64,000 bases of DNA from an uncultured archaeon. GTDB taxonomy: Archaea; Micrarchaeota; Micrarchaeia; Micrarchaeales; CABMGC01. Positions 61,318 to 64,000 of the stretch are shown here, one piece after another. The notes below the pieces were generated by a model that was given only the letters and a program-made list of their open reading frames with translations, searched no databases and had not been told where the DNA came from. The stretch lies in NCBI GenBank assembly GCA_963787445.1, contig CAWBCT010000005.1, forward strand, positions 492,764 to 556,763. Reading direction: 5' to 3'. Numbering within the stretch: position 1 is the stretch's first letter; each line of letters opens with the position of its first letter. The position numbers were made by a program, and so were the translations under genes.

Positions 61318-61713
61318 ATGGCAAAGAAGACTAAAGAAGTAGCGCCCAAGCGCCCCTGGCTTTCATTCGCTTTCACCTTCGTTGGTAGCGTCATCTTTCT
61401 AGGAGTAGTGTCCATGAGCAGCCTGCTGCTCAACGGCTCCACGAGCCTATGGCAACCTCTGCTTTATTCTGCGGCGATAATCGGCTCACTTGTGGTCTTT
61501 GTAGGAAACATCGTAAACCTGGCCTGCCCGGGCTCCTTCCCGGGAAGGAAGCTCGCAAAGGTCGGGCTGGTCACCGGCTTCAGCCTTATTGCGCTGACCT
61601 TCGCGCTGGCAAACCCGACTGTCTTCTCGCTCTCTGTCCTGGGCTTCCTCCTGGTGTTCTTTGGAAGCTCGATGGCTTCGCGCTGCGGTTGTGAATGCGG
61701 CTGCTGCGAGTAA
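61318..61713 (+). CDS. small 4-TM membrane protein with Cys-rich C-terminal tail
   Basis: 131 aa with four hydrophobic helices. The tail is ...SRCGCECGCCE, with 6 Cys in the last 10 residues. Confidence 0.5.
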   Translation: MAKKTKEVAPKRPWLSFAFTFVGSVIFLGVVSMSSLLLNGSTSLWQPLLYSAAIIGSLVVFVGNIVNLACPGSFPGRKLAKVGLVTGFSLIALTFALANPTVFSLSVLGFLLVFFGSSMASRCGCECGCCE

Positions 61714-61792
61714 GTTCCGAGTCGCCTGTCTTTTTGACCTCTTCCAGCTAGTTTTACCAAAGCCATAAAAATCTAAACTGTAATGCAGTACC

Positions 61793-63469
61793 ATGGCATT
61801 GTTCCTCCTTTCCCTAGGCGCCGTTGATGCGCTGGCTCCAGTGCTGGTCATCATCGTTCTCATAGGCGCCGCAGCGGGGATCACGCGGGGCTTCAGCTTC
61901 CTGGACCTGTTCGGGATAAGCACACTGGCCAACATCATGGGGCGGAAGACCAAGGCCTCGTTCGCAAAGGGTACGTTCAGCAAGGACATAGTGCAGGCGC
62001 CGTTTGGAGGCCCAAGGGGAGGCAAAAAATTTAGCGTCCCTTTGAATAAAGGCGCGGCCCAGATTGGAGGCGCCCAGGCTCCAAAGGGAGGCAAAAAAGC
62101 AACAAAGTTTAGCCCTGTTAAAAACCTTCTTATGCCCAGCCCGGTGGTGAGCGGCATACCTGGATATCTTTTCACCAAGTCCAAAGCAACCGGCACGAAC
62201 GTCAAAACAGCCTATAGCAGGACCAAGCAGGCAAGGAAAGCAGCCGGCAAGCGGGTCTCCACCGCGTACAAGAGCGCCCCGGGCATGTTCGTCAACCGGC
62301 GCGGCAGGGCAGCCTTCAGCGAGGCCTACAACAAGGCAAGCAAGACGACCGCAACCGCAGCGGGCAAGATGGCCTACGATAGGGCAACCCGCATAGCCAA
62401 GAGTCCGCACCCTGCAAAGTTGGCCACGCGCTATGCAAGGCGCGCAATATACAAGAGCGGTTTCAGGCGCCCCGGGTTCACCGAGCGGGTTGTGCGACGC
62501 GGTGTCCACCAAACCAAGCAGAAGGTCGCACAGAAGGCCGGTGAATACCACGCCGGCTACGTAAATTACGCGAAAAGAAACGCAACCCCACCAAAGCTGA
62601 AACCCCACCAGCGCGTAACGCTTAACCAGATCCGGCAAAGGAGCCCGGCCAAATCCTCCGCATCCCCCTCTCCGCCGCCATACCTTGAGCCACCGCCGGC
62701 TACCCCGCTAGCGGCTGCGGCGGTAACTGCAGGGGCCGCCGTAGCTGGGGCTCCAAAGCCAGACTGGAAGAACTACGAAGCCTACTTCCAGGGGTCTGAT
62801 GGAATTGCCACACCACAAGCTCCGGGAATCAGCACCCAGGAGATGGTGGGTGCGCTTTGCGCCAGTAAAGAGAACTTTGAGAATCTTTACGCTGGGAAGC
62901 AGTTTATACAATTTGGAAGCCCTACCACCGGCGACGCCGAGGGCGGGTTCAAGGTGCACATCCGTGTAAGCGATAGTGATTACGAAAAATTTGCCATGGA
63001 GTACCTGCCCAGCCTCGCCCAGCAGGCAGAGAAGAACAAGATAGATTTCAAGATAGTTGGATCCAAAGGCGAGAAGGCCTTCTCTGTGGACAACTGCCTT
63101 GAGCAGGCAGAGGCAGGCGGCAGGGAGGTATCCTCACAGGTCGGAAAGATGATAACCATATACGTGCCTGAGAACAAGAGCGAGTTGGTTGCTGACATAG
63201 TCAACAACGCAGAGAAGGCGGCCCAGAGGATAAAGCCAAAGTCAACGCTCCAGGAACTGCGCGACAAGGGCGTAAAGGACCCGAACTCCGTGATGAAGGA
63301 GGTTCTGTTGGGCCAGAGCAACATTGTTTCGGTAAGATGGTCATCTGATTTCTACGGAAGAGACCACGCGCTTGATGTCAAGGAGAGAAAGGCGGATGCG
63401 GCAGACGTGATAAACGCAGATCCCAAGCGCAAGCAGATGTTTGACTCGATAAAGAACAAGATAAAGTAA
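61793..63469 (+). CDS. membrane-anchored protein: N-terminal TM, ~260-aa Lys/Arg-rich low-complexity region, Pro-rich linker, C-terminal globular domain of unknown function (possible phospho-Ser/Thr-lyase-like fold)
   Basis: N-terminal LAPVLVIIVLIGAAAGI, then a long basic region, then SPSPPPYLEPPPATP. The C-terminal domain contains GFKVHIRV...IDFKIVGS...VGKMITIYVPE. Confidence 0.5.
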   Translation: MALFLLSLGAVDALAPVLVIIVLIGAAAGITRGFSFLDLFGISTLANIMGRKTKASFAKGTFSKDIVQAPFGGPRGGKKFSVPLNKGAAQIGGAQAPKGGKKATKFSPVKNLLMPSPVVSGIPGYLFTKSKATGTNVKTAYSRTKQARKAAGKRVSTAYKSAPGMFVNRRGRAAFSEAYNKASKTTATAAGKMAYDRATRIAKSPHPAKLATRYARRAIYKSGFRRPGFTERVVRRGVHQTKQKVAQKAGEYHAGYVNYAKRNATPPKLKPHQRVTLNQIRQRSPAKSSASPSPPPYLEPPPATPLAAAAVTAGAAVAGAPKPDWKNYEAYFQGSDGIATPQAPGISTQEMVGALCASKENFENLYAGKQFIQFGSPTTGDAEGGFKVHIRVSDSDYEKFAMEYLPSLAQQAEKNKIDFKIVGSKGEKAFSVDNCLEQAEAGGREVSSQVGKMITIYVPENKSELVADIVNNAEKAAQRIKPKSTLQELRDKGVKDPNSVMKEVLLGQSNIVSVRWSSDFYGRDHALDVKERKADAADVINADPKRKQMFDSIKNKIK

Positions 63470-63535
63470 CCGTCGGCTCTGCAACTAGCACGACAGCTTG
63501 CATACATTTATATCAATAACGCAGTAAATACTTTC

Positions 63536-64000
63536 ATGCAAAGAAGCGCAGTAATTAGTGCACTGTTTCTGATGGCTCTTCTTTCCGTAAGCGTGCTGCA
63601 CGCCCAGTCCTGCCCGCCACCCGCCGCTTCCACCTACGCAACCGCATTGTCCAGCTCCACTTCCGGCATCGCGGTCGCAGCCTCGGCCATCGCGCTTATG
63701 GTCTCCTTCGCGGTGGTGGGCACGGGGTACATCGTAAGCAAGCTCTTTCCATCTGCAGGCCTCAGCCGCTGGCTGCAGAACGAGTACAAGGAGATTGCCA
63801 AGACGGCGATCCTGATAGTCGTCATATTCTCCGTGATAGCCATAGTAAGCAACGTGGCGCTTCTGCTTACCGGCGCGCAGGGAGGGACGAGCTATGTCTC
63901 AAACCTGGGCGCGCTTACAACCCAATCCGAGCAGTATCTCTGCACCGTAAATGCCAATGTCATCAGCGGACTGACAGCCATGACGGACCTGGAACTGGGC
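63536..64000 (+). CDS. secreted/membrane protein, 3' end beyond window
   Basis: Own translation from ATG 63536: MQRSAVISALFLMALLSVSVLHAQSCPPPAAS... (signal peptide), then two hydrophobic helices (IAVAASAIALMVSFAVVGTGYIV; TAILIVVIFSVIAIVSNVALLL). The frame stays open to the window end. Confidence 0.45.
   Translation, partial: MQRSAVISALFLMALLSVSVLHAQSCPPPAASTYATALSSSTSGIAVAASAIALMVSFAVVGTGYIVSKLFPSAGLSRWLQNEYKEIAKTAILIVVIFSVIAIVSNVALLLTGAQGGTSYVSNLGALTTQSEQYLCTVNANVISGLTAMTDLELG

Noticed and set aside
61486-62638. Two long minus-strand ORFs (61486-62205 and 61814-62638) opposite the 131-aa and 558-aa plus-strand genes.
   Set aside because: Their translations are Arg/Ala/Gly/Pro-rich nonsense mirroring the Lys/Ala-rich plus-strand frame. 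The plus-strand frame has a TM start, a continuous 558-codon ORF and a structured C-terminal domain. Confidence in the plus-strand call is nevertheless only moderate across the low-complexity part.
1-64000. A search by eye for integrase, transposase, IS inverted repeats, rRNA genes, CRISPR arrays, cas genes and large structured ncRNAs (RNase P RNA, SRP RNA).
   Set aside because: None was recognised. All intergenic gaps are 270 nt or shorter and contain only promoter-like AT-rich boxes or short hairpins. A covariance-model scan (Infernal/Rfam) would be needed to exclude small ncRNAs such as C/D-box sRNAs.

Overview
Gene-dense archaeal chromosomal segment with about 80 genes on both strands. 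It looks roughly 50-55% GC by eye, with several clearly AT-richer genes. Archaeal identity rests on Alba, NAC, aCPSF1, family-B DNA polymerase, RNase P proteins Rpp21 and Rpp29, CDP-archaeol synthase, proteasome beta, ribosomal proteins S4e/L32e/L19e, class III (pilin-type) signal peptides, TATA-box promoters and GGTGA/GTGAT Shine-Dalgarno sites. A split LplA and the pilin motif would fit a Thermoplasmata-like or DPANN/Micrarchaeota-like organism, but I cannot decide this from sequence alone.

Housekeeping content:
- An L1-L10(P0)-P1 ribosomal protein operon.
- A partial spc-type operon: Rpp29-S17-L14-L24-S4e-L5-S14-S8-L6-L32e-L19e-L18-S5.
- secY, alaS, pyrG, pyk, polB, map, ilvE, psmB, lipA and split lplA.
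- Three tRNAs: Asn-GTT, Arg-TCG and His-GTG.

Accessory content:
- An AbiEi/AbiEii cassette flanked by a duplicated lipA 5' end.
- A RelE/AbrB pair next to tRNA-Asn.
- A translationally coupled pair of very large surface proteins (YVTN propeller + DUF2341; double LamG).
- A surface-glycan locus with two MOP flippases and a GT-C-like membrane protein.
- A processive GT2 synthase.
- An unusual HD-phosphohydrolase/SET-methyltransferase fusion.
- An orphan Cas4-like nuclease.
- A block of uncharacterised membrane proteins directly after tRNA-His, where L30-L15-SecY would normally follow S5.

I found no rRNA, CRISPR array, integrase or transposase.

All family assignments come from reading motifs in the translations. 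No database search was run.
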